A stretch of DNA of 59,380 bases, counting the filler, from Sphacelaria rigidula (taxonomy: Eukaryota): assembly GCA_964200075.2 (NCBI GenBank). It is 8 parts of 8 records of this genome, joined end to end, with 100 filler letters (N's around TTAATTAATTAA, not from the genome) between each part and the next. Parts side by side here need not be neighbours in the genome. Positions count along the whole stretch, not along the records: positions 44,611 to 51,945 come from CAXNAA020015389.1; positions 52,046 to 59,380 come from CAXNAA020015390.1; 6 more parts are not named here. One strand, written 5' to 3'. The notes under the pieces are model-generated. The model was given only the letters and a program-made list of their open reading frames with translations, did not search any database and was not told the origin of the DNA. Position 1 is the first letter of the stretch, and the number at the start of each line of letters is the position of its first letter. A program made the translations under genes and the position numbers. Positions 47,809 to 59,380 of the stretch are shown here, in pieces.

Positions 47809-48936
47809 CCGTTAGCACAGGCAACCGTGTTGTAGTACCGATTGGGACAAAAGGCGAGTGCGATAGCGGACTGGGACGTTCATCATAACCTGTCCTGTAC
47901 GGTCTACTGGTACCTCGGCGTCTCGGCGATCTACGTGCGAGGCCACAGCCCGTTTGAATACTTGCAGTGCGTCACTTGTTACTGTTGGTTGCCGGTCCAG
48001 CCGTGTTGTACACGATGAATATGCGTCTTATTGCTCGGTAGCTGTCACCTACCGTTGTTACCATGGAAGCACGCCAGCACTTTCGTGTCACTGAACGTAT
48101 TTTTGAAGAGCCTAAACTTCCTCACGGAAACCGAGTATGTTCGAAGGTCGGTTTGTTAACCGCTTCGTACGAAAAATGTGAACAAATATTGTAATGAAAA
48201 AATACACATGCCCCAAATGCGTGCGCTTGAAAAAAGTCCGGCCAATTTTTTACCCTCATACGCGCCCAGTATTCATTTACGAGTACTCGTAGGGAGTCCC
48301 TGGTTCCTGGATCCTAGCGCTCCCGCAGAGAGTTAGTTGTTCCCAGCTGCTGCCACTGCTTGGCCCACGGTAAACACAGGGTTCCAACTATTTGACCGTA
48401 GGCCTTGTCTAGGAACAGTGTCACTGACCAGCAGTTCAGGGGTTCCCACGCGCAAGGGTCATGTTTGCGCATATAGTTGTAGCCGTGGTGACCAGTGTAA
48501 CAAATTCCCAAGCATGGAAGCACAAACCCCACGAAAATGGCTCGGCCAAAAGCCCAAAATTCCGTACGGTTGACTCGGCTCAAATTCGGTGATGTGTTTT
48601 CGTGTGCAGGTGTTCATGAAGAGCTAGCTCAACATGCTCGTGTTGATGTACATTGGGGTGCTGTTATCACTTCAAGAACTGTACTTCAGACGCCCCATTT
48701 ATCATGGGCAATACTGGGTCATCTTGGGGGGCGGGGGGGGGGGGGAAGGGGGGGCTCAAAGGGCCGAGAGAAGAGTGTTCCTCATATTGTTTAGCACTGC
48801 GAAATTTTTTTGCGGATCGTAGTCTCAAATCCGATCTCTTTCTTCTTATTTCCCCGTCTGGCCCGCTGTTCCTGTGTTACGTGGGCTGTCTTTTGCTCCA
48901 CCAGGAAATCGAAGGACGGTCAAAGCACCCCCAACT

Positions 48937-48987
48937 ATGCAGCTGCTTTCGTTCGTCGCGGTTACTTTCGCCTGCTCGTCGGCTACG
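48937..48987 (+). CDS. rpiA: Plastid-targeted ribose-5-phosphate isomerase A, coding exon 1 (signal peptide)
   Basis: ATG at 48937 gives MQLLSFVAVTFACSSAT, then donor GTAAGG (phase 0). A probable upstream acceptor CCACCAG at 48904 implies a 5'UTR intron. Splices to form SSAT|AFV, an ASAFAP-type cleavage motif. Confidence 0.75.
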
Positions 48988-49583
48988 GTAAGGCGCGCCA
49001 TGTACGCCAACGCACCGCTCTCGTTCAAAACGCCTCGTTCATGATGGGAGTCCTCCACGTGGGCAGTATCTTGCATCATTTCCCACTCGCTCCTTCCCCC
49101 TGCGCCCGCTCTGTCCCTCACTGTGTCCGTCTCTCTCGGTCTCTCTTGCTCTCGAAATCTCCACCTATTTTTTATGCGTTCCTCTATGTTTTCGGTGCAT
49201 GCAGTCTTATGTGGATGACGGCATAACCTGTGTAACCCTCTGCCCATCGGCAAAAAGTCGAGCAGCGTCAGTAAATGTCTCGGTTCTGACGTTTATGAGA
49301 AGGCTAGGCCAGCGGTCGAAGGCTTACGGTCCGGTCCGGTCCTGTACGACATGCGTTACACTAAGCACCCTCGCTCGGGCGCGCCTGTCAAACGCTAGTC
49401 TCACTGAAGTATAGTAATATGAATATTAACGCATACGAAACTTCGTGAGGAGCATCAAGAGCAAATGTAGTGTTATATTAACGGACACATATACAAGCCG
49501 TAGCGGCTGCTCACTAAAAATCGTCTGCCAGTCCGCTGATTCGGTGGATGGATAGAGCTGTCGACGAATTGTACGTGAGCCAT

Positions 49584-49800
49584 CCTGCGATAGGGGGAGG
49601 GGGGGGTGTAGTTGGGGCCATTTCTTCGACCAAACCAGCAGCGGTTGTTCGAACGCGGTTGTTTCCCGTGAATAACACTCATTCATATCGCGTGACACCG
49701 TTTTCACCCAAAAACAATCGCACCGCAAGTGTTTTAGGTTCTCCGACACACCCATGAGCCTTTTTTCGTGTAATCAAATACCGCCCCCCCCTATCGTAGG
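49584..49800 (+). mobile_element. Complete CCTACGATAGGGG-TIR MITE inside rpiA intron 1
   Basis: AT-CCTGCGATAGGGGG ... CCCCCTATCGTAGG-AT; body homologous to 1-240. Confidence 0.85.
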
Positions 49801-49872
49801 ATCAGTCACCTGCTGTCTCTGTTTTTGTCCTCCTCTCCTTTCCCCCACCCCGCTCCCGCGTCCAACTTACAG

Positions 49873-49995
49873 GCCTTCGTCTTCGCACCCCCGGCTGTGC
49901 GTAGTGCCTGGAGCGTGCCCTCTGTGTCGTCGAGCGTCGCACGCTCAGCGAGAACGTCGTTAAGCATGGCTACCCAGGATGAGCTTAAGCAGCAG
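49873..49995 (+). CDS. rpiA: Plastid-targeted ribose-5-phosphate isomerase A, coding exon 2 (transit peptide plus mature N-terminus)
   Basis: Pyrimidine tract and TTACAG acceptor; AFVFAPPAVRSAWSVPSVSSSVARSARTSLSMATQDELKQQ. The Ser/Arg-rich transit peptide ends SLSM, and TQDELK matches the RpiA N-terminus (E. coli MTQDELKKAVG). Donor CAG|GCAAG. Only ~9 mature residues are visible and later exons are not in this fragment. Confidence 0.72.
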
Positions 49996-52696
49996 GCAAG
50001 CCTAATGCGAGGGCACAGGAAACAAGCCTCGTTAAAAGAAAGATACTGGTAGTCACGGAGGGACATAGGAAAGCAGAAACATCCCTTCTGTGTACGTCCG
50101 ATGATGAATATAAACGTATATTTCCAATGGTACCCTCGGAGAGTCGGGGCACCTCGCGGAAAGACATTTGGATCGCTTTGAAGATGCAACGAAACCCGAA
50201 AGTTTTTTTATTCATGAGTGAGAACACCGTATTACATGAAGCGAGGGCTGGGAACGACGATTCACACAACATGCTGTTTCGATTTGATTCGATCCGATTT
50301 GATTGTCGCACACTAACTGATCCCCTACGAAGGAATCTAGCTGTGTCCACAAGGTCGAAGTACCCAAGATTGAATAGAAGTAGAAACGGGAACACTCTCT
50401 GAAGGAGCTCGAGGGAGGGGGGGAAACGAAGATGGAGAGAGCGAGTACGGTAAACCAAAGAACGAGGAGCAGAGGAGAAGGAAGATGAAAAGAGAATGAT
50501 CGGCAAGAATAATGACGCCAAGATGGATCAAAAGACCTAGTGACGGACTCTGCTGAGAACGAAAAATCGAAGAAGTATGGCCCCCGGCCACATGGCTTGA
50601 GGCGAAGGAGCCGTGCAAGTAGAGAAAAGGAGAAGGGAAGGCCGTGGACACGGGTTGCGACGAAGCGGAAACCGCACTATTCGAACGTGAAATCTCATCC
50701 GCGAGATCTGTATAATAGGAGCGAGGCACAGATTACTGCTTCACGATATACCTTTAGAGGACACTGCCTTGTCTGTAAAATCACGGTGTGCTAATGATAC
50801 AGCCCAATGCAGTGGTCTGCTGATGGCAGATACTTGCACCGCCGCGCTTGCATCAGCGGTTCACGAGGTGATGACTGATGTTGACTTTCTAGTAATAGCT
50901 TATGAGCACAGGTAGGGCCGCCTAAGACGCGGACAGGGATCTGAAAATTTTAGGTCGTTTTCTGTGAGATTTTGACACGATGTACGGGATGTATGTGCGA
51001 AGACGCCACCTTTTCCCCCCTTTATATATATTTGGGAAGTTATTCACACCTTTGTTCCGATAAAAAACTGTTCTGAAATGTTTGGTCGCCGATAACTCAA
51101 GGAGAAAGAAAACAGAATGTTCAGTGGAGAAGGTGGCGTCTTCGCACATACATCATGTACATCGTGTCAAAATTTCATTGAAAACGACCCGAAGCTCAGC
51201 TGCTAAATCGCGTGTTCGTGTACAAGACTGGTTCCTATGTGGAGATGGACCAGCCACGAAAACATAAAACGCGGTCATGCTGTTGAATTTTGAGTATTTT
51301 TTCACGAAATTTCGACACGATGCGCATGAGGTATGTTTTGAACTCCCTACTGCCCCCCTTGACATTTTTTTTAGTCATGAGTTAGTTGTCTACGCTTTTG
51401 CACCAGAAAAAACTGTTCCGAAATTTAGATCACCAATAACATGCGAGTAAAGGAGAAATAAGAGGGGGCGAACTGTAGGAGCTTCACATACACCCCATGT
51501 ATACCGTATCAGAATGTCGGGGAAAACAACTTCATATTGAGCAGTGAAATCGCGTTTTCCTGCCGAGAACTGGTTCACTTGCTTTCAGACTACAATAACC
51601 TCAGCCGGAATTTTGACGTTTTCTACAAGCGCGACGCCTTTGCGCGCTGGAGGTCTCGTCTGCGTGCCATCTCAGACACTGCGCGCCTACAGTACGACAT
51701 GCATTGTTGTACAACCACAACTAGTGCAGTGCCATCACCTTGCGGCCGCGGCACGACTGACTGTAACCGTAAATGCGATTTCAGCCGTTTTCCCCCCCTT
51801 ATTCCGCCGCACATGCCACCCTCAACTCTCTACACTACGCAGCTGGCTGCAGTTTAGTATTTCGTTTGATGGGAATTTGTCAGATCGCAGTGCTACGTGA
51901 AGTGAAAGACGCGCGTTGATTTGCAGATCACCACGATGTGTCATANNNNNNNNNNNNNNNNNNNNNNNNNNNNNNNNNNNNNNNNNNNNTTAATTAATTA
52001 ANNNNNNNNNNNNNNNNNNNNNNNNNNNNNNNNNNNNNNNNNNNNGCTGCATCCTGCTAAGATTGTTCGGCGCGAAGCCTGCTGATTATCTTGCATTTGG
52101 ATGACAGCCTCCAATGAGTTGCTTCATTTTCTGGTATCGCCACTTCTTGAGACAGCCACGGCTCACATACTGCCACATGGGTGCCTCACCATTAAAACAC
52201 TACGTGGTACGATCATCACAATTGTGAGGAATTGAGGTTCTCTCACGCCGTACAAACATTATTCAGCTCGACTACCATCATGGCTACCGCAAACAAAAGG
52301 CAAGCGCACAAGCAAAAACGGTAACATGGTTGCCCAGCTTACGCAGTGAGTGGCGTGTTACAGCGTCGTTGCCAACCGACGCCAACCCCTGCTGCGCAGT
52401 ACAGTACACAACGGTGCAGCAGGGGTTCGTATTTTGCCTGCTATCGTATTTGATGTGACCATGCTGAGGGCCATAACATAGAACGCGACGTGTTGCATTA
52501 ACAAGTGCAATCGGTGGTTTGTAGAGCGGGGTATGAGCATTGGAATTGATCATTGGTGTGTGTGTGCCATATACCACATGGTGACACAGAACTGATGCTG
52601 CACTTCTTCACGTATACTGCCACAGCATAAACAAGCAGATCTTTCCAGAAGCCATCATTGAAGGCCACATCTGTGCTCCTTACTGTTTACCTTGAC

Positions 52697-52765
<69 letters not shown>

Positions 52766-52784
52766 TACTATTATTATTATTATT
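52697..52784. repeat. (ATT)n microsatellite
   Basis: About 29 trimers with two ACT interruptions. Confidence 0.98.
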
Positions 52785-55313
52785 TCCGCGCATTAGTCTG
52801 ATCTCGCGAACCCGTGGTCACAAGCCCCACGAAATAGTGTGACGCTTGCTGCTCGTGGTTTTCCGTTTGAACTTCCAGGAGTTTTTCATTCGCGACCGAA
52901 AGGTATATCACGTCCGGAGCTGTTGCACTGGTAGATATGTGTCTGAATTGTCCATAGCACGTAAATGTCCCATTAGGTGCCATGTAAGTACAAATATTGC
53001 CAACTCTGTGCGAGTTGTTGAGCATAGAGGATGTGGTCAACGCACCCGCTAAAGACGCACGAATGGCGTAGGAGCTGTCTTTGGTGCCGCTGTATATGGC
53101 GCTTACCGTCGAAAGAAGGCATTATGGGCCTCATGCTACATCCACGGCGTACCTCCTTGATGCACGATGTCCCGAAGACAATTATCACGGCACTTGTGTA
53201 CTTGGATGAAATCTTCCATTTTCAGAAGCCTCCGTATTATCGCAGATGGCGAATATCATGGGTTTTGGGATCGGACGCTTCACGCTTCACACTTAACACT
53301 CATTTTTTCAGGGTAAACTACAGCACGCAGCGAGGACCATTGATCGTAAAATCAAGATTAATGAATGCCATCAGTGAAGGACAAAGTACTGTCGACACTT
53401 TGGTGCAAAATAAGATGACTTGGGGTGAAGGAGGGTGAAGTTTGTCGCTGCTTTCGTGTTCACCCTCCCGGCGCGGACCAGCTTCATGGTGTTGCGAGAG
53501 GCTGCTGCTCCTGTGATCGCTCGCTTCTTACGCCACTGAGGCAACTCCAGTAGTTCGGGATCATCAACACTATAATGCAAAGGGCTCGGTGGATTCACAC
53601 ACGCCTCGTCAAATAAACACCTCGATTGAGGTCCGGTGGTGCGTACACAGACTGGCCCGAAAGTCGCTCTTGACTTGGGTACAACTGTGCCTACGTATGC
53701 ATCTACCTTCTAGTCACCTCGACACAAAGTGCAGAAATCTCCGCGCTACGTGGTCTTTTGGAGCACCCCTCAGCAGGAGGAACCGGAGACCTTCTTCTTC
53801 GGTAGCACACGCAGCCTAACCGCCACGCCCTATCAAATAGGTGGTTCACACACGCACGTAATCTATGAATCATGAGCAGTCAAGTGGAAACGGTTTTGGT
53901 GGGATTTCATCGATGCCGCCAAAATGAAACAACACGACCGAATCCATAGAATCGTACAAATACCGGAATGTAAAATCGTACTTGACTCACTTAGCTTTAG
54001 CTCGGTACACCGACACATGGCCCGTATCCAACGCTTTACACTGTTGTGGTGACTTCTAAAGACAACAAAAGGGTAGTTGAGGACAAATTTCACCGAAGTA
54101 CACATGTGATGTGGCGACTTTCCCCCGAGCATCCCCAGCGAACCTGTACACCGCAAGCATACAACGAGGTCCAGAACGCCTGTGTATGGCAGCAAGAGTC
54201 ATGTATAACGAAAACCTCCGTGCTCATAATGCTGATTTGGGCGCTTGGATCCACCGCATCTTCTATGCTTGAGAAACCCTGGAAGCTACTGGCAATATTC
54301 ATCATCACCAATATATATATATATATATATATATATTCGTGTATATATTCGAGAATGGTTGGGACGTGATGCACCGCAACGCAGCCCGTCGGGAACTTTC
54401 TGTGATGAACCACAGGAAAATATCTCGTCCGTTTTCACTTTTCGGAACTTGCCTGTCCTCGGTTTCGCCGTCAGCCCTCCGGCATCAGTGAATTTCGCAG
54501 TTGCATCACAGCAATTTGAGTTTGTTTTCCCGAAGTATTTCTACAGCAACATCATCATCAGATCGTTACTGCCTTAGCTGAAAAAGCCCCTCTCGCTGAG
54601 CACTGCGGCTCCTTATTATCACGGTCTTTAATATCACCGCCGACAATACATTGCCTTGGCTGCGATCGCTGTCATTGAGAAAAGCGGCGCCCGCCGCAGG
54701 CCTCTGTGTCCGTTCCCTGTAGTGCAAGTCGTAGTACGCCATGTTTTTTACCTACAGACGTTTGCGTTTAAAGCTAAACGATTCAGCTTTTCCCCAGAAT
54801 TTCCTTCTTGCATGACATCGATTTGACCTCGTCTCCCGAAATATATACCGCTACCGGCTACCGGGGGATTCTGTGCTGTGGTAACATCAGACCACGTATC
54901 GGATATACATTTTTTCCCCCTCGAATCGAAGTTGCCCCAATTTTCTGTTATAGTTGTAGATCGTCGGGTGAAATTGTTCCAAATATGTTTTCTCTTCTCC
55001 GATCATTCCGTAGTCGGGTTGTCAAAAAAACCCAATGCACCCCAGGAGTTTTAAATACGAGATATACCCATCAGACCCATTAGTCCCGCCTAGCTTTATA
55101 CCAGCCCAGTGCCTATCCAAGCAACACCAACAAAGCACCTGACCAGCCACCCCAGTCAAGCTCTAGTGCATATGTTTGGGTTAGAGTTATCATTAGGGTT
55201 GGAGTTAGGGCTAGGGTTAGCGTCGGAATGTATCAACCATCTTTGATTTGGAGGCAGACTGAGGTAAAACCCCCTCTTCTGGCCAGTTACATGTGCACAC
55301 ACGAACGAATGGC

Positions 55314-55960
55314 GATGCCCCTGAACACATGGGAGGCATCGTTCGAACGTATGAACCCCATCCCTACTGGTTTGTGACCCCTTCCTCCCCCCATGCCCTT
55401 TCCCTGCGACAGAATGAACGAATCTCCTTTCTGAACAGGCTCCGCGGGAAAGGCGCGTTATCCGACGTTTCATCTTTTTGCGACCGGATAACAAGTGATT
55501 TGGACACATGACCGGTACCGGCAGAAAGCCTACAATCTACTCTAGTATAGCAACACTCCGTTTTTCTTAACAAAACTACAGACACCCTGGGGAGTTTATC
55601 GTTCCATTCTCTCCCTAGGCACGCGCAGGGCCTATAATCTACAATCTACCGTCAGGGCCTGTTACATACGAATATTGATACCCCTGAACACACGGGAGGC
55701 TCTGTTTGAACGTAGTCACTCTACCCTTCTGCCTTATGACCCCTTCCACCTGCCCTGCCCCTTCTCCCCAGGGATGAAAATCAATGCATTTCCTCCCCGA
55801 ATAATCTCAGCCGGAAAGGGGTGGTATCCGACATTTCAGCCATCTGCGGCCGGGCAAAAAATAATCCGAACATATGACCGGTACCAATAGAAAGCCTATA
55901 ACCTACTTTAACTAATCATACCTTCCCTTTTCCTTAACGCGACTACAGACACCAGGAGGA
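55314..55960. repeat. Old diverged tandem duplication, period ~363 nt
   Basis: Shared anchors CCCCTGAACACA-GGGAGGC, TGACCCCTTCC, TATCCGAC, ATGACCGGTACC, AGAAAGCCTA and ACTACAGACACC in both units (starts 55314 and 55677). Confidence 0.85.
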
Positions 55961-56054
55961 ACATGTTGCCCCCCCCCCCCCCCCCGAAGTAGGTCTTATG
56001 ACAATGGCATGCATGATCATGAGTGCACCCCCCGAAGTAGTTTGATACGATAGA

Positions 56055-56428
56055 CAGGAGCTAGAAAATGGTCACTACTATGGGACATAGATGGTGGCCA
56101 CAGACGGGGAATCAGAAAGGCGACGCGATACGTACATGGTGTTGTGTAATGTATGGAAGGAATGTAATGAGCGCTCAAACGCTGGAGGTGTCTCTATGAG
56201 GAGTAGGAACGATGCTCCGTCTCGAAGGGGATGCGTGGTCAATGGTCAAACGACTGAGGAAAGCAGCAAATGAGGAATCCCCACCTCCCCCTCGCGTAGT
56301 ACATACTGGGTGGGATCATTATCTAATACGAATGGCGAGTGGTCAATAGAACGTATCCATACTACTTGCTGATTCGAGACCACGCTTTCCCCCTCCCCGG
56401 CGATGAGGTGAGCATATCTCCTGCTCAA
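56055..56428 (+). mobile_element. Probable 3' end of a 5'-truncated non-LTR retrotransposon (LINE ORF2 C-terminus plus 3'UTR)
   Basis: Frameshifted peptide MGHRWWPQT / LCNVWKECNERSNAGGVSMRSRNDAPSRRGCVVNGQTTEESSK* (stop 56271-56273), which I recall as a very common brown-algal retroelement C-terminus. From memory, not verified by search. Confidence 0.6.
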
Positions 56429-57925
56429 ACATCCTTACCTGCGGGTGTTATTTAAGGTTTTGGCCGTTTGCAGGCAGACGACAACATGCTTCTGAACGCA
56501 TGAGAGGTATTGCCAAAGCGTTGACCCCCTTACTATGTATTCCTAAGAGAGTCAAGAGCGCTACCGCTCGTTTGCGACAGTACAAAACAGTGGATACCAC
56601 CCGCAGGGACGGCTACTTTCCTGTCCATGGCAAAACCATGGCCTAACCTCCACATAAGATATCATCAATGCGTTGAAGATATTTTCTACATAGGCGTACG
56701 TGCCAAGCGCCAAGTTTTTACTCTTTATAAGGTCTCGAATGTAGTGAAACAGTCAAAACAAAAGCGGGGCAGCAATAGCCCGCAAGTTGATCTAAATTCA
56801 AATGAATTGGTCAGGACCCGTCGGTGCAAGTGCTGCATCTGCAACTTCGCTTCAAGTGGCGTTTGGAACACCTGTCTTGACCCAACTCAGGCTTTGTCTA
56901 CCCCCACTAACCCAATAGTGTTGATGCCATTTCTGGGTTGCCGTCATAGATGGCGTGTCTTGAATACCCCGTATTGGTAATGTAAAAAATAAATTAGGCA
57001 TCTTACTGTAGGGTGAAAAAAGAATTAATTTCGCAAAAATCACCTCGGGTTCAGCGTCTCCACCAAATTTCCAGTCGGAATATCCTTCTTTTTCTTGGTT
57101 TAACTCCGAATTGGGCCCGCGATACTTCGACCTGGATTGCCGCGGAAGTGCCCGGTAGTGCAAGCACCACGTACAATGGTGAGTGTGTTGGATGCTTAGT
57201 TCAGTGACAAGCAGGAGGAATCTTCGTGAGACGGGAAGCTCGGTCTCCATTTCTGTCATGTCACAGTATAGGGGTCGGACGAGGAACGATCTACTTTTAT
57301 GTAATTATCAGGTATCTTGGAATCGATGTACTGAGCTCGGCGACGGAAGCTTCAGAAAACCTTGCATTACATATCTGTCACAGAACATCTGCTGAGACGA
57401 TTCCACTTGCAAAGACGCATGTTCAGCAGTGAACCAAATCTCTTTATAAACCGTTACTAAAACAAAGAGAGTGAACAAGGAACCGGGTAGCAAAAATCAC
57501 GCCGTAGCGTGCGGCGAGGAGCACAATATTGGTCTTGAATGACGATGCAAGGGTCTGTCCAATAATAATACATCTGAAAATTACTTGTTTTTAGTGTAAT
57601 TGATACGTACCGCACGCATCGGTCCTTGCTTTGTTTTTCAGCGTTGCACCTCAGGATAGGGTACGCGCACTACAGGCGCGTGGAATAGCGCAGAGGTTGC
57701 GCAGAGACGTCTTCGATCCGAGCCCAACGTTTTTGCCTCTTTCGAGCAATCAGGCCTCAGGAATCGTAGATTTGGTGTTTCGAACTAGTGATGGTTTGTT
57801 CAACCGTGGTAGTGATGGACACCTTGGACAATGACAAAACATGGTCAATAGTTGCAATAGGCAATAAATGTACTGCGTAAAGTATAGGCCTATTGCAACT
57901 ATTGACTACATACTGTCCAAAATGT

Positions 57926-58200
57926 CGAGTGATGGCTGTCAGCGTGCCCTACTTATGTGTGTAGTGACAGAATTTGATGGGCAATACAGCATAACTTCTG
58001 AGCGATTGCGTGCCAAATTTCAAAATGGAAAATGGCCATCGTATATGAACAATGGATCTGCTTGTCAGCCTTGTTCCTTTTTCATGATATGGAGGCGGTA
58101 TTTTGAAAGGTTAGGCGTCGAGACAAGGCGCACCTTGGGTGTCATAGTGTGTGATAGTGATGCTGCCGACACTTGGAGGATATGTCGGTTGGTACCACAG
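57926..58200 (-). pseudogene. Decayed pogo/Fot1-type DDE_1 transposase fragment
   Basis: SHTMTPKV...DPLFIYDGHFPF*NLARNRSEVMLYCPSNSVTTH...QPSLD resembles the pattern SGWMT...LLIxDGHxSH...LP.xxSHxxQPLD; contains stops. Confidence 0.4.
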
Positions 58201-58859
58201 TAAGGTGTCAAAACACAGGTTTGGCGGCGCAAGCCGCTGAGAGCGCGGTGTGCAATGAAACGGTAGATACGAGCGCTGCGTTTGTTTCTTTTCATTCAAC
58301 ACCTGCTGTCTGATAGAAGTTATAGCGGGTGAGGTATCAGTCGGACACGCAGGGAGCAACGGATCCTGCCAGCCTCATCATACATTTTCGCCCCGGTTTA
58401 GGATGAACACTCGAAGAAACACAGCTAAGAAGTATCGTTTCTGCTCTGTTGTATATCTGAGGGTTGGTGGCTGAACGTTGCCGCTCCAAATCGCTCGGCA
58501 CGCCTAGCAATTATTTGCATGCATGTTTGGTGGTACAGTCGGCGAGTTTGAACTGTGAAAAGTTTCGTAATAAACTGCTGTATAATACACTGATCTTCGA
58601 TGCCGTTATGCATTGCTCTGTATTACACTGCACCCTACTGCAAAATACGGTACTGTACCGTACTGCACTGTACAGCCCTGAACTGTTTTGGGCTGGACTC
58701 TCCTGTCCCGACCTCTACTGTACTGTACTCTGCTTCACTGTGCTTAGCTGCCCCGCACCGTACCGTACCATGTGCAGTAGTGTGCTCTTGCGTACTATGC
58801 TGTGCGCCGCGCTGATTGTGGGTTCTTGCATCGCACGATCGGTCACGAAATGTCAGGGA

Positions 58860-59380
58860 GTTACGGCACATGAACACAAATGCACTTCCTCTACATAACG
58901 AATAGCGCTCACCAGCAAGGGGGTGTAACACTATTCCCTTTCCCCGGAAATCTTGCCATGCCTGGAACACACAAGCCGCGGATCAGGCGATGAGCTACGT
59001 GCCAGTCCACGCATTGCTCCACCCGCGGGTAGATCGCCGCAATATTTGTAAGAACGTGGTATATGATGGTGATGCCGTGTCACGAGTTGGAAGACGGCGT
59101 CGGCGTGTCGATGGGTTGCAACTACGGCTGCATTCCGCGCGGATTTGTGAATGTGACACCAGCAACCCATGACATGACCGTTATTTGACTGCCCACGGTC
59201 TTTCTCATCGGCAGGTGTGCCAGCATAAACACGCCGCCGGGGGAACGTTGCGGGATAGACCCACACTCATACGGACAGGGAGTACACGCCGTGGGGACAT
59301 CGGGGAGACTGAGGACCGACGCCCGGATGGGTAGGGTGACTCGTGTATAGAGTCGAGCTAGGGGACATTATAGGAGGTTT
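58860..59380 (-). mobile_element. Possible 3' end of an LTR retrotransposon (polypurine tract plus LTR start)
   Basis: Minus strand GGGGAAAGGGAATAG (58945-58931) is immediately followed by TGTTACACCCC; the upstream sequence is GC-rich and coding-like. LTR extent not determined. Confidence 0.4.

Noticed and set aside
47810..48065. Divergent gene upstream of rpiA
   Set aside because: No ATG-initiated frame reaches a plausible donor without a stop, and no recognisable peptide.
13031..49995. Functional linkage between the EamA transporter, rpiA and the transposon genes
   Set aside because: They sit on different artificially joined fragments.

Overview
This window is not a contiguous locus. It is eight fragments of exactly 7335 bp joined by seven identical 100-nt artificial linkers (N44-TTAATTAATTAA-N44), so nothing should be interpreted across linkers. 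The DNA is eukaryotic, repeat-dominated and intron-rich. It is most likely a brown alga or related stramenopile (inference from a bipartite ASAFAP-type plastid presequence, interstitial TTAGGG and kb-sized introns). Host genes I can support: two exons of an EamA/WAT1-like transporter (minus strand, fragment 2) and the first two coding exons of a plastid-targeted protein whose mature start matches ribose-5-phosphate isomerase A, with a probable GC donor (fragment 7). There is also a phase-consistent multi-exon orphan gene or pseudogene (fragment 1). The rest is transposon material: two tRNA-derived SINE families, decayed Ty3/Gypsy pieces (one with a nested solo LTR and a MITE, both with clean 5-bp TSDs), a LINE 3' end, and several MITE families. 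The most unusual items are a dense, self-nesting cluster of ~100-bp TTAA/piggyBac-type MITEs, a TG..CA MITE with a 5-bp TSD carrying telomeric repeats, and a long hairpin built from an ankyrin-like coding fragment (candidate young miRNA/hpRNA locus). I see no CRISPR array, rRNA or bona fide tRNA, and no well-supported novel multi-gene system. Almost all ORF-track ORFs are spurious.
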